Below the pieces are notes generated by a model, which was not told the origin of the DNA, did not search any database, and saw nothing but the letters and a program-made list of their open reading frames with translations. The position numbers and the translations under genes were made by a program. Of a stretch of 52,178 nucleotides of DNA, positions 8,549 through 18,344 are shown one piece after another. Position 1 is the first letter of the stretch; each line of letters opens with the position of its first letter. Source of the DNA: a virus (taxonomy: Duplodnaviria > Caudoviricetes); the IMG/VR virus record IMGVR_UViG_3300034091_000652, positions 1 through 52,178 of that record, one strand, 5' to 3'.

Positions 8549-9847
8549 TTAGAAATAATAGAAATTAGCGAATGATGCGCTTCTGAATACATTAGATGGC
8601 AGACTACCGGTTTGCAAATCAAATCCCACATTACCTGTACCGCTTAATACCGCTGTATGTGTAAAGCTACCAGCTAATGTACCATCTATATATAGAGATG
8701 CTGTGCTTGCTCCGGTAAGTAGAATTTTGTAAGTATGCTTATTCCCAGCAGTCTGTTGGATTATATTGCCAGATGAAGGAGTCCCAGAGCTATTCCAAGA
8801 ATTCCAGACTATAGTATTCTCGGATGAGTTATAAGGATTTAGACATACTTGAAGTAAATTTTGCCCTGTCCAATTACCAATATAACCAATAGTTATAGTA
8901 GACGCGGCTGTGCTATCATATAATAATGAATCAGTAACATCTACCTGGATATAATGACCTGAGCCAATAGGATAAGTGTTAACTGATTCAATTTGTTTAT
9001 AGGCACTAAATCCATTACTAGAGGCAAGGTATAAATATTCAGCATTATTTAAAATAGTCCATGATGAACCTGTCTCCAATAATCCAGAAGTGTTAATATT
9101 CCAGTTACTTGAATTAATTGCACTTCCATTAGAACCAGCAAAACTATCATATAAAAGAGCCCCAGATAGAGTAGTGGTTGTTGTAGTCGCTCCTCCTGTT
9201 GTTGTAGCGGAGGTAGTCGTTGTTGGCGCAGCCGTCGTAGTTGTTGAGGTGGTGGTAGTTGTGGGGCCGCTGGTTGTTGTCGTAGTGGGGCCACTCGTAG
9301 TGGATGTTGATGTTGTTGTCGTCGTCGGGCCGGAAGTCGTAGTTGTCGGGGAATGTGTGGTTGAGGTCGTTGTTGGGCCAACGGTTGAGGTAGTGGAAGT
9401 CGGTGTCAAGGTAGTAGTGGTCGTAAAGCCGGGGAGAAGATCAAGCCTGACCACCATGGTATACCCGGCAGCAAAAAGGGCATTCTCCTGCGCCTGACTG
9501 CTTGCCTCTCCGATTATAGACATTCCTGCATCAATCTTGGCCAGATTGTAATTCAGCGTGTTCCACCACTCTGCATCATACATGTTGATATCGCGCAAAT
9601 TGAAATTGGGAGTATAGGCCGTGAAGATGTAGTATGCCGCTGAGGAGTTAGTAACTCCTGCATATGGTACCGAAAGGGTAAGGTGAGTTGCATCCGTAGG
9701 TGTGGAGTTTATTTGGTAACTTACTCCGTCTCCAATAATGGCGAATCCATATCCAGCCTGAATTCCGGCTGCAAGAAAATTGGTTCCGGTTCCGGTCACA
9801 AACTGCGATCCGTTAACTACACTAACTGTACCTATCTTATATTGCAT
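8549..9847 (-). CDS. Side tail fiber / receptor-binding protein with Thr-rich stalk
   Basis: N terminus GTVSVVNGSQFVTGTGTNF is typical of fiber anchor domains; ~85-aa Thr/Ser/Pro linker; lectin-like C-terminal domain. Confidence 0.75.
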   Translation of the reverse strand: MQYKIGTVSVVNGSQFVTGTGTNFLAAGIQAGYGFAIIGDGVSYQINSTPTDATHLTLSVPYAGVTNSSAAYYIFTAYTPNFNLRDINMYDAEWWNTLNYNLAKIDAGMSIIGEASSQAQENALFAAGYTMVVRLDLLPGFTTTTTLTPTSTTSTVGPTTTSTTHSPTTTTSGPTTTTTSTSTTSGPTTTTTSGPTTTTTSTTTTAAPTTTTSATTTGGATTTTTTLSGALLYDSFAGSNGSAINSSNWNINTSGLLETGSSWTILNNAEYLYLASSNGFSAYKQIESVNTYPIGSGHYIQVDVTDSLLYDSTAASTITIGYIGNWTGQNLLQVCLNPYNSSENTIVWNSWNSSGTPSSGNIIQQTAGNKHTYKILLTGASTASLYIDGTLAGSFTHTAVLSGTGNVGFDLQTGSLPSNVFRSASFANFYYF

Positions 9848-9871
9848 TAGTGACTCCTTGGGAGATTGCCA

Positions 9872-10486
9872 TTAAGGCGATGGAGCTGCTGTTGTGGTCG
9901 TGGTGGTCGGTGCAGGAGTTGTAGTTGTGGTTGTTGGAGTCTGAGCAGCAGCCCCCCAAGATATTGCGGCAACCTGTGCGGGAGTCGTGGCAGCATTAAT
10001 CTCAGTTTGCATCTGCCACATTTGTGCAAAGAGACCCATCCCATATGCAATCAGCTCATTTATCATATCTTGGAGATCAGCCAAAGTAATGTTTTGCTGC
10101 ATGACGCCAAAATGATCCGGAACATTAAGGGTAGTAAGGTTATTATTCTGAGCGAATACAAGAGCCAACTGAAAATTCTGCAAGTCATCCCTGGTAGAAT
10201 TAACACAGAAATTAGTGGGAAGGTTCTGGGTCATATATCCGTTTGCCAAGATCGCATTCATCTCATTAGTGAGGTTATTAAGACGTGCTGCCTGGACTGA
10301 GGCCACCGAAGGGGGAATTGTTGTAGGAGCTACATAGGTCGCTACTCCGTTTACAACCATGTTCGCCCCGGCTACGTGATCAACATAACCCTCCCCCGCC
10401 TGGCACTGGATGGCGGCGTGACCGTCAGGACAACTTACAGTCCGGAGTATGACTTCAGTAGCCGTATTGTAGATGTCAATTATCAT
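9872..10486 (-). CDS. Tail fiber assembly-like protein (DUF4376-like) with Thr-rich tail
   Basis: Follows J; EINAATTPAQVAAISW motif typical of this family, then TPTTTTTTPAPTTTTTT. Confidence 0.65.
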   Translation of the reverse strand: MIIDIYNTATEVILRTVSCPDGHAAIQCQAGEGYVDHVAGANMVVNGVATYVAPTTIPPSVASVQAARLNNLTNEMNAILANGYMTQNLPTNFCVNSTRDDLQNFQLALVFAQNNNLTTLNVPDHFGVMQQNITLADLQDMINELIAYGMGLFAQMWQMQTEINAATTPAQVAAISWGAAAQTPTTTTTTPAPTTTTTTAAPSP

Positions 10487-13400
10487 CGCTGTGCTCCCAA
10501 AAGGTTCAAAGAAATATTGCTTAAACTGGCGTTAATATAATAATCATGGTAGGTAATAGTGTATGTATTATCTCCATCTGGTGGTGAATCACTGAGAGAA
10601 ATAGGAACCATCATATTAATCATGTTCCACTGCGCACCATACCCTATAGATGGAACGATGAAGGAATTAAGAGTAATTGTTTGAAGGGCAGTACCATTTC
10701 TACAGATAGTTATTGTGGCTGTATCGGCACCAGTAGTCGTACTTCCATAAACTAAAAGACCACCATTTATCATTACAACTGGAGGTATTCCGTTAATGGT
10801 ATTAGTGGTTATAACTGCGGTCTGTATAGTAACAGTTCCAGTTGAATTAAGCGGGGCTGTATATGTTATCGGCCCAGTAGTATAAGCAGATACCGGAATT
10901 GTTATAGCATTTCCCGCGACTGTCAGAGTGGTTATATTGGCAGTTGCAATATTAGCAGTCTGTACTGCTGCCGTTCCTAACTGTGCATTTCCTATGGCTC
11001 CATTAGCTATCAAAGCACTGCCTATAAGAGCAGATCCTGCTGCGAGCTGATTTGTCTCTACATTCCCTGTGTAAACGAAATTTGCTCCTATGCTAGTCCA
11101 ACCACTGGTAATTAATGAACCATCAGCATTGAAAAGATTTGATCCAAGTTGAGCGCCTATGGTAGCTCCAGGTTGAAATCTTGAAATCGAAAGTTGTGTG
11201 GCCTTACCATAACCCATCGTATTTGTGGCTTCATTAATCTGAATCCAAGGCATAGCATAAGCAGCATTAGAGGGAACCGCAATGGTTCCGTTAATCTGAG
11301 TCCAACCAATATCGGGGGCGATACTACCGGCTAAAACAAAATTATTTATCACCTTGGCAGAACTATAAAAACATAGACCAAACCCAAGATTATTGGTGTA
11401 TCCAGATGCTGGAGTATTGCTTATATGCAAAGATTGAAGCAATGCTTCCACATAAAGTATTTCTCCAGCCATTACTGGAAATATATTCCCGCCTTCATAG
11501 GTGTCACGACTAAAAACCTGGATATATCCGATATTACCAGTATTTGCAGGTGATTCACCATCACCTGTATTGTCTGAAGGCATTGTGAGTGATGATGCCC
11601 AAGTACCTAGGGAACCGTCATTAAATGTAGACTTCAGTACAAGATTGTTAATATTAGTCGGGCTATTAATCACCTTGCCCCATGCGATTGTTGCGAGAGG
11701 CCCCATGGCAATCGTTCCACCAGTTCCATCCCCAACTTCAAGGGTTGAGGTGTTAATGTTGCTCGCGGTGAGCTGTTGTATCATGGCATTATTCATGACA
11801 ACGCCATATTCAGAGCTAACTACAAACGGGACGACGGCAGAATTGCCAGGATCAATTACAGCAAAGTAGTTGCAGTTGACTATGAACTGTGATGAACTTC
11901 CGTTATTAGCCATCCCAAATCCGCAGACATAACCATTTACATCTAGCTTCACCATGTATTGAGCATACAGGCTAGCCGTAATTTCCGTCCAGTGGGCATT
12001 GTTCCATGCTTCAGGCCCGACTGTCCCTCCTGTATCATTTTGGTAAAGGGTGTTGTTATAAACCACAACTGCGCCAGCGGTATAGGATGAAGCAGGATTG
12101 TAAGGTTGCCCTGATGTTATTCCTTGAATATCTTCAAGTGTCTGAATAGATGCGGAATATGTTCCTACTGTGGCAGACAAAGTATTAACTTCAGAAGTCA
12201 AAGCAGATAAGGACGCATTAGTAGGAGCAGAATCAATTTGTTCCTGCAAATCTGTGGTCAAACAACTTGATGATATGGCCCCTTGCACAATTGCAATAAT
12301 TGTGTCCACTGATGGCGGAACATATATTTCCTGGATTGCTGAATAATTAAGCTCATCTTCACCGAAGTTGTCCGAGGCCGCGATCATGAAGTACCAGGTT
12401 CCGTATGGCAGCGGCACCATTAGCCCCCCCTGGTTTACCTGGGTGATGAAAGCAGATGTTGCGGGGCTTCTACTCAAAACCATTTGAGCGGGGTAAGGCG
12501 GAGTTCCTTGGAGATCGGTTATTGTCTGAGAGCCATAAACAATATAATTTGCCAAATCTGGGACATTAACAGGATTCCAGCTTACCTGAAATGATTGGAT
12601 AAAAGGAGTGAAGACAATGCCAGTGACCACCGGAGGAGCTGGGTTATCCACCTCGAGTGTCACAGCGTCGGGAGAGCAATTGCCGCTAATATCAAAAATC
12701 TTGGCAGAAAATAGAATATCCCTCTCGGCTATTCCATTCCCATCAAGATAATTGTTTTCATAAGTATAGACATATTGATTAATCGTTGGCATTGCAGTTC
12801 TACGCAAAGTCATGCTACTTTTGGAATAAACCTGGATCTGGTAATATGCTATCCAAAGAGTTGATTGAGGCATGACGGCCGCGTTTGTGGCCAAAGCCAC
12901 CTGAGTGCTGGGTGGGACATTCCAGGTAATGGGAAAGTCCTGGCCAGTATATTCCGTTGCGTCGCCGGCGCCCAATATCTCGAGGCCGGTAATATCGGGA
13001 ACGAGTTCCGTGCTGGCCATGACGGTGAGAGAGCAATAAACAGCTACGGAATATACGCCCAAGATGTTGACAGCGGTGAGCTGCGAAGTATAAGTCCCAG
13101 GGTAAACTCCGGTGAGGCATACCCGGAGATCACCCCCCGAGTAAGGCAGCGTTGTCCATGTAGTTTGTCCTTGGCGCTGGACCTGGATATTATATCCTGT
13201 CACATAAAGGCTATCGGATGCATCCCACTCGATCGCAATCTGGGTGCCGGCGGTCCCATCCGTGTTGGTATATGACTCCTGCGTCATCGTGACATTGGTG
13301 GGAGGGTCCACCTGGGTGAATGGAGTCGGTACAGGCTGAGGATTCCAGAATGTAAGCTCCTGCTCCACATATGTATATTTATTTGGATCGTAGGAAGTGG

Positions 13401-15891
13401 TGGAGATCTCAAGAATGTTCTTATCAGGCTCAACAACAGAGACAACTCTCCACAATGCCGGCTCATTGTTTGTCCCGCTCAGAACCCATGCCGCATCAGC
13501 AAGTGGAGTTTGGAGAAGAGTTGTGTTTAGGACAAGAGCGGAAGTCGTGCCTGCTGAATTTCTTATTGTCGTATCGCGGGCAGAACCATCTGCGTTGTAT
13601 TCGGATAGGGACCCATCAGGGAGTACAATGCTGAGAGAAAAAGTAACCCCTGATGCAAGTGTTACGGGAGCATCAAGATTAACCGTTACCATATCGGAAT
13701 TCACTGAAACTATCCGGCCGCCCATCCGGATCCGATTCATGCGGTATGGATCTGCGACAGTAATGATCGAACCCGGCCTTATATAAACTCCCTCGAAACC
13801 GGTCCGAAAAGTAAGGGTTTCGGTTTCGTTGATCTCGGTATAGAGAAGCCACAATCCTACCCGATGAGCCTGGCCACGCGAAGTGCATCCAACCGCAGTG
13901 ATCTGGGCCAGATTATAACCATATCTCTGAATGCCGATTGGATCATCCACGTACTCAATGTGAGTGTTACCCAGATCTGTCAGGTCGGTCCACGATACTT
14001 GCACGGCAGTATGCCGAGCTCGCCGGGCGGTCCCGGAATAAGTAAAGAGACCATTTTCCACATTGGCAGAAGTGAACAACATGGATGAGTTCGCGGGAGC
14101 ATCCTGGGTGGGAACGATTGAGTTTGCGGACCAATAAGCCATCCCACGGAAAATTCCGGCAAATTCTGAAAGGATAGTGAAAGCGTCTGCCTGGCTGGTG
14201 ATGTAATAATTGCATGTGAATCTGGGTTCAAGTCCTCCGAATCCATCCGGGATTCCGACGAATACTCCACTTTCATTGACTGCATCGCAATATTGACCGA
14301 TCTGGTAAAATGACCATTTATCCAGGAGGGAAGCCTGGATATTATCACCCAGACCATAGCGAGGATGGCTGATCAGATCATAAAAGCACCAAGCAGGATT
14401 GTCGCTCCACGCTGTAACGAAAGTCCCATCCCATATTCCTTCATAAACCTGTCCACCAACAAATCGGTTACCTGGATTGTAATTGGAAGGGACTTGAATT
14501 TTGAGAAGCTTGACATCATAAACTCTTTGGGGGATGGAGCTGAAAAGCTGGGCTGAGGCCTTAAGCGCAATATAAGCTGAATTTGGATATTGGAACTGAT
14601 AATTTATTATCTGAGTGAAAGCATCCCAATAGAGCTGGTTGACAAGAGCGACGGTACTCGAGTCAGGAGTAATCCGCGAGACCCTTATCTCCCATGGTGG
14701 GGTCCCGGTAAGAGGGATTGTGAAATCTACTTCATACTTGCTCCTGGCGCAACCAGTTAAGGTGCCAATAGTTATATCCGAAGTATATGGCGAAGAGGTA
14801 GCACCTACCCCAGCTATGCTCGCATTTACGTTCACATTTCCAGTCTGTGTGGTAATTATAGCCTGCACATTATAATAAGCTGGAGGGAGATTTGGTAAAG
14901 AGAAGGTCTTTTCAAAATCAAAACCATTGACAGTGGCATATTTAGTTCCGCTTGATGTGAGGAAAGGAACCTGCATATCTGCAGCCGTATAAGTTACCGT
15001 CTGGAAAGTTTGCCAGGATCCAGAGCTTCCCCCTTCTCCACCCATGTCTGAGCCCGAATAAGTCTGATATTGCAATTCAACCGTAATTGTTCCAACAGAT
15101 TGGACTGTTATATTGGTAGTTATGGTCCCATCCGGGTTAGTGACTTCAGCAAATGTCGCTTGTTTGGGCATAATAAATCCAAACATGACGGTGGCTGCGA
15201 CAATTTGACGGTCAAAAACTATTTCGGCTTGGTAAATACTGGAAAAGCCCCCAAGTGTGGAGTTAATCCCTGGGGGGATGGTATACCCGGCACTGTCTGA
15301 TGTGATCCCAATTTGCACCGGCTGGTAAACCGCTCCAGGAGAACTATCTTTAATATCTATTGCGAATTGTATCGTGGCATCATTGATGCTCCCGGTGCTT
15401 GTATCTTCGGAATAAAGCCCGGGCACGCCCAGGGTGACTCTAACTGCATCGATGCTTGTATCTGTGATTTCCTGAACAATGGCATTTGCCAAGCGACGCG
15501 CATTTTGATCAACCGTCGATAATGCTGGGACTTCCGTGCCATACCATCCTGCTTGCACAAGAGTTCCGACAGGAGTTTCCGATTCTACATCTGTGATTCC
15601 CTGCATAGGGAGCTGCCCTGGCGCGCCAGTATTCATGCCAACTATTTGGACAAGAGATGGATTGTAATTAAATGACCCATCCGGATTCTGCAGAGCTGTG
15701 CCGTTAAGGTAAACGGACATGGCACCATTTGCGAGGCCTTCTATCTCTCCTTCGCACAATAGGTCAACGCATGTAACGGTACCGACAGACTCGAGAGTCT
15801 CCGGAACTTCACTCCATCCCGATCCCCCTCCACCTTTTGACGACCCGGCGCCGGCAATAATAGGAGGCTTATGAGCCAAAATATTTCCCAT
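10483..15891 (-). CDS. Central tail fiber / host specificity protein J
   Basis: DLLCEGEIEGL, YPNSAY, WSDNPAWCFYD, EPRFTCN, GCTSRGQAHRVGLW, VKLDVNGYVCGFG; follows I. Confidence 0.95.
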   Translation of the reverse strand: MGNILAHKPPIIAGAGSSKGGGGSGWSEVPETLESVGTVTCVDLLCEGEIEGLANGAMSVYLNGTALQNPDGSFNYNPSLVQIVGMNTGAPGQLPMQGITDVESETPVGTLVQAGWYGTEVPALSTVDQNARRLANAIVQEITDTSIDAVRVTLGVPGLYSEDTSTGSINDATIQFAIDIKDSSPGAVYQPVQIGITSDSAGYTIPPGINSTLGGFSSIYQAEIVFDRQIVAATVMFGFIMPKQATFAEVTNPDGTITTNITVQSVGTITVELQYQTYSGSDMGGEGGSSGSWQTFQTVTYTAADMQVPFLTSSGTKYATVNGFDFEKTFSLPNLPPAYYNVQAIITTQTGNVNVNASIAGVGATSSPYTSDITIGTLTGCARSKYEVDFTIPLTGTPPWEIRVSRITPDSSTVALVNQLYWDAFTQIINYQFQYPNSAYIALKASAQLFSSIPQRVYDVKLLKIQVPSNYNPGNRFVGGQVYEGIWDGTFVTAWSDNPAWCFYDLISHPRYGLGDNIQASLLDKWSFYQIGQYCDAVNESGVFVGIPDGFGGLEPRFTCNYYITSQADAFTILSEFAGIFRGMAYWSANSIVPTQDAPANSSMLFTSANVENGLFTYSGTARRARHTAVQVSWTDLTDLGNTHIEYVDDPIGIQRYGYNLAQITAVGCTSRGQAHRVGLWLLYTEINETETLTFRTGFEGVYIRPGSIITVADPYRMNRIRMGGRIVSVNSDMVTVNLDAPVTLASGVTFSLSIVLPDGSLSEYNADGSARDTTIRNSAGTTSALVLNTTLLQTPLADAAWVLSGTNNEPALWRVVSVVEPDKNILEISTTSYDPNKYTYVEQELTFWNPQPVPTPFTQVDPPTNVTMTQESYTNTDGTAGTQIAIEWDASDSLYVTGYNIQVQRQGQTTWTTLPYSGGDLRVCLTGVYPGTYTSQLTAVNILGVYSVAVYCSLTVMASTELVPDITGLEILGAGDATEYTGQDFPITWNVPPSTQVALATNAAVMPQSTLWIAYYQIQVYSKSSMTLRRTAMPTINQYVYTYENNYLDGNGIAERDILFSAKIFDISGNCSPDAVTLEVDNPAPPVVTGIVFTPFIQSFQVSWNPVNVPDLANYIVYGSQTITDLQGTPPYPAQMVLSRSPATSAFITQVNQGGLMVPLPYGTWYFMIAASDNFGEDELNYSAIQEIYVPPSVDTIIAIVQGAISSSCLTTDLQEQIDSAPTNASLSALTSEVNTLSATVGTYSASIQTLEDIQGITSGQPYNPASSYTAGAVVVYNNTLYQNDTGGTVGPEAWNNAHWTEITASLYAQYMVKLDVNGYVCGFGMANNGSSSQFIVNCNYFAVIDPGNSAVVPFVVSSEYGVVMNNAMIQQLTASNINTSTLEVGDGTGGTIAMGPLATIAWGKVINSPTNINNLVLKSTFNDGSLGTWASSLTMPSDNTGDGESPANTGNIGYIQVFSRDTYEGGNIFPVMAGEILYVEALLQSLHISNTPASGYTNNLGFGLCFYSSAKVINNFVLAGSIAPDIGWTQINGTIAVPSNAAYAMPWIQINEATNTMGYGKATQLSISRFQPGATIGAQLGSNLFNADGSLITSGWTSIGANFVYTGNVETNQLAAGSALIGSALIANGAIGNAQLGTAAVQTANIATANITTLTVAGNAITIPVSAYTTGPITYTAPLNSTGTVTIQTAVITTNTINGIPPVVMINGGLLVYGSTTTGADTATITICRNGTALQTITLNSFIVPSIGYGAQWNMINMMVPISLSDSPPDGDNTYTITYHDYYINASLSNISLNLLGAQR

Positions 15892-16520
15892 TAATTCTCT
15901 GTTCCTGCAGTGACAACCAGTGATGTAACCTGAATCCCCGAACTGATTACAGTGGACCCGATGAGCATGCGGCCATAACCTACGGGTACCGGTCCTCCTT
16001 CTTGTACAGTATTCTGGGGGCCCGAGAAAAGGTGAGACCCGGAAGAGTTCTGTTTTTTGGGGTTAGTGGCCAAGAGTTGTGAAATGCCGGCGAACATGAT
16101 CGAGACCCCGATCCCCATAAGTGTTCCCGCTGACATAATCCCTCCGGACCATCCACTATAGCTCAGAGCTACCCCTATAGATGACCCTCCGCTGAATGCA
16201 GCGCATACAACGGCAGCCACAACGATAACCGCTCCGATGATAATCTTGGCAGTTCCCCCCGATGCGCCAGCAATAACCGGTATCACATGGAAAACTTCTT
16301 TATAGCTGAAGGGACCAGGGATCATCTCCGGAGGGAGGTCATCATCATTGAGCATGACGCGATATGCGAGGCCTTCTCTCTCTGAATCGATAAGATACTG
16401 GAAAAATCCGGGACGGTTGGCATTGATAGCACGTAGGCCTTCAGCTGGGGTGGCAATATCCAGCATCCAATCTTCACCAAATTTTTCAGCTAGAATCCCG
16501 TGGAGCTTTATATGTTTCAT
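15891..16520 (-). CDS. Tail assembly protein I
   Basis: IKLHGILAEKFG...PVIAGA...NTVQEGGPVPVGYGRMLIGS. Confidence 0.93.
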   Translation of the reverse strand: MKHIKLHGILAEKFGEDWMLDIATPAEGLRAINANRPGFFQYLIDSEREGLAYRVMLNDDDLPPEMIPGPFSYKEVFHVIPVIAGASGGTAKIIIGAVIVVAAVVCAAFSGGSSIGVALSYSGWSGGIMSAGTLMGIGVSIMFAGISQLLATNPKKQNSSGSHLFSGPQNTVQEGGPVPVGYGRMLIGSTVISSGIQVTSLVVTAGTEN

Positions 16521-17251
16521 AGAAAACTCTCATGCCTGATTGTGTAAAGAGTCATGCGGCGCCACGAATCTCCATAAACATCAGTGGTAGATAACCGGTC
16601 CTGCAAATGATGAAGAATAAGACCATTCCCCATTATCACGCCGGCGTGGTTTGGAACCTTCGGTTTGGATCGAATAGTAATCAAGGCTACATCGTTGGCT
16701 TTGATATCGGAGACGATTTTGAAACCAAAATTTACGAATCGGTCGAGATAATAGTTATTGCCCTTCTCCCAGAATCTCTCCTCATAATAGTCAGCCTGGG
16801 GGAATACTATCCCGAGTTCTTGTTTGTAATAGTCACGAATGAGGGTATAGCAGTCATATACTCCCCAAATAAATTGTCGACCGAGGATCGGAGCCTCATC
16901 AGCATTAGGAATGGTTATGGCAAATGCGTCAGAAACCAGAGAATAGATGTACCACGGAACATTTCCTTTATTGCAGATTGTCTGATCCGCGTGGCTGGGG
17001 ATCGGAAGATGCCTCGGATGCGAATGGAATATTCCGATAATCTTGCCATGCTGTTCTGCCTCGAGATACTGTTTCGGATGGATTAGAAAATTATTCATGG
17101 GGGTCTCAGAAATGTTATCTACAAAGAAAAGTCTAGGGTTTTCCGATTCCCCTATTATGAAACCGCAAGCTTCGCGGGGAGAGACCTTTTTTGCATGGGT
17201 CCGGATCTCATCTTCCAAAATGGTTATGTCTGGGATTGGAATTTGTATCAT
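16517..17251 (-). CDS. Tail assembly protein K (JAB + NlpC/P60)
   Basis: PREACG, HSHP...PSHAD, GRQFIWGVYDCY, PNHAG, ILHH. Confidence 0.93.
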   Translation of the reverse strand: MIQIPIPDITILEDEIRTHAKKVSPREACGFIIGESENPRLFFVDNISETPMNNFLIHPKQYLEAEQHGKIIGIFHSHPRHLPIPSHADQTICNKGNVPWYIYSLVSDAFAITIPNADEAPILGRQFIWGVYDCYTLIRDYYKQELGIVFPQADYYEERFWEKGNNYYLDRFVNFGFKIVSDIKANDVALITIRSKPKVPNHAGVIMGNGLILHHLQDRLSTTDVYGDSWRRMTLYTIRHESFL

Positions 17252-18000
17252 TGTGAGTTGTATCTCCCGGCGCCCGGGAATCCCCCAAATGGTAAGCCAT
17301 TAGCACTATTCCCAAATCTGAGCTTGCATCCATTCAATGTCCGACTGCAATTGTCCAATGAATTGGATGTGGTTGGATTGTCGTAAATATCGGCCACGGC
17401 CGGACCGGTATAACCGCAGTCGCCGGCATATGTATAATCCCATGTGCCCGTAGTCGCATTCCAGGTACGATAATTCCACCAGCAGAGGTTGCTCAGGACT
17501 TGCCTTTTAGGGAGTTTAAGCCCCTCCATATCAAAACTGGCAGCGAGCTCATAATCCACACCCGTTTTACTTTCAGAAATCTTTCTCTCGACATAATAGA
17601 CATCGATCGGAAGCATTGCGGTGGGATCTGCCAGAGGATTGCCTCCAGCGAAATTAACTGCATCCAGATATTTTGCAAAAGTTCGATATCGAGTAAGGCT
17701 AGCTCCTACAATATCTGCAAATGCCTGATTAAGAGCTGCCAGAACGCCATCTTGAGTCGAGGCACTAAGCTTCGGTCTCGGAGATTGGGAAGCATTCCCT
17801 TTATATTCAAATCCAGTGACATGGATCGGATATGCTGAGTAAGCAACTCCTTGCCAAACCACATTCTCCTGGAGGCCATTCGTCCCAGCATGGAAATATA
17901 GAGTTCCGGCACCAATCTGGATCGGAGTTAAGTCGAGAACGAATAATTCCAGGATAGCACCAGGGGAAAGAGATTGTATTGTTGCTGCAATCGTGCTCAT
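17248..18000 (-). CDS. Minor tail protein L
   Basis: VWQGVAYSAYPI, RTFAKYLDAVNF, four Fe-S-type Cys, CKLRFG...LPFGGFPG. Confidence 0.93.
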   Translation of the reverse strand: MSTIAATIQSLSPGAILELFVLDLTPIQIGAGTLYFHAGTNGLQENVVWQGVAYSAYPIHVTGFEYKGNASQSPRPKLSASTQDGVLAALNQAFADIVGASLTRYRTFAKYLDAVNFAGGNPLADPTAMLPIDVYYVERKISESKTGVDYELAASFDMEGLKLPKRQVLSNLCWWNYRTWNATTGTWDYTYAGDCGYTGPAVADIYDNPTTSNSLDNCSRTLNGCKLRFGNSANGLPFGGFPGAGRYNSQ

Positions 18001-18002
18001 AA

Positions 18003-18344
18003 CTAACTCGTAGAATTATCAAATACCTGTTCGAATGTGGCGAGAACCCGGGTAACACCAAAATCATTAATGGGGCTACTCCATTTCTGGCAAATCACCT
18101 TTATCTGCGTCGTCCACCTGGGAGGTGTCCAATAAAATGCAGTCGCCCCCAATTGTGCATTAAGGAATGGAAGTATCTGGGATATGGTAGTTTGTTCTAT
18201 AAAAATTAAATCCCATGAGTAAGGCAAAGAGTTGAGACCATCAGGAGTCCTTTGTGAATAGCCATCGCCATATTGAGCGGTGAGGACACGCGGCTTTGCA
18301 GTTGCTGCTGACGAATATGTGGGTATCCAGGTGAAGGTCTCCAT
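18003..18344 (-). CDS. Minor tail protein M (distal tail protein)
   Basis: FTWIP...YGDGYSQR...GLN...FYWTPP...ATFEQVF. Confidence 0.93.
   Translation of the reverse strand: METFTWIPTYSSAATAKPRVLTAQYGDGYSQRTPDGLNSLPYSWDLIFIEQTTISQILPFLNAQLGATAFYWTPPRWTTQIKVICQKWSSPINDFGVTRVLATFEQVFDNSTS

Noticed and set aside
5438-9170. Duplicated fiber C termini as a second DGR TR/VR pair or an invertible shufflon
   Set aside because: Differences are not adenine-restricted, there is no similarity to the TR, both copies are on the same strand, and no invertase is adjacent
6078-9497. Plus-strand poly-Val ORFs (6078-6419, 6549-6794, 9090-9497)
   Set aside because: These are antisense shadows of the Thr codon tracts
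16517-17251. JAB protein as the PRTRC peptidase
   Set aside because: A JAB+NlpC fusion between L and I is the ordinary lambda K tail gene; moonlighting is not supported by the sequence
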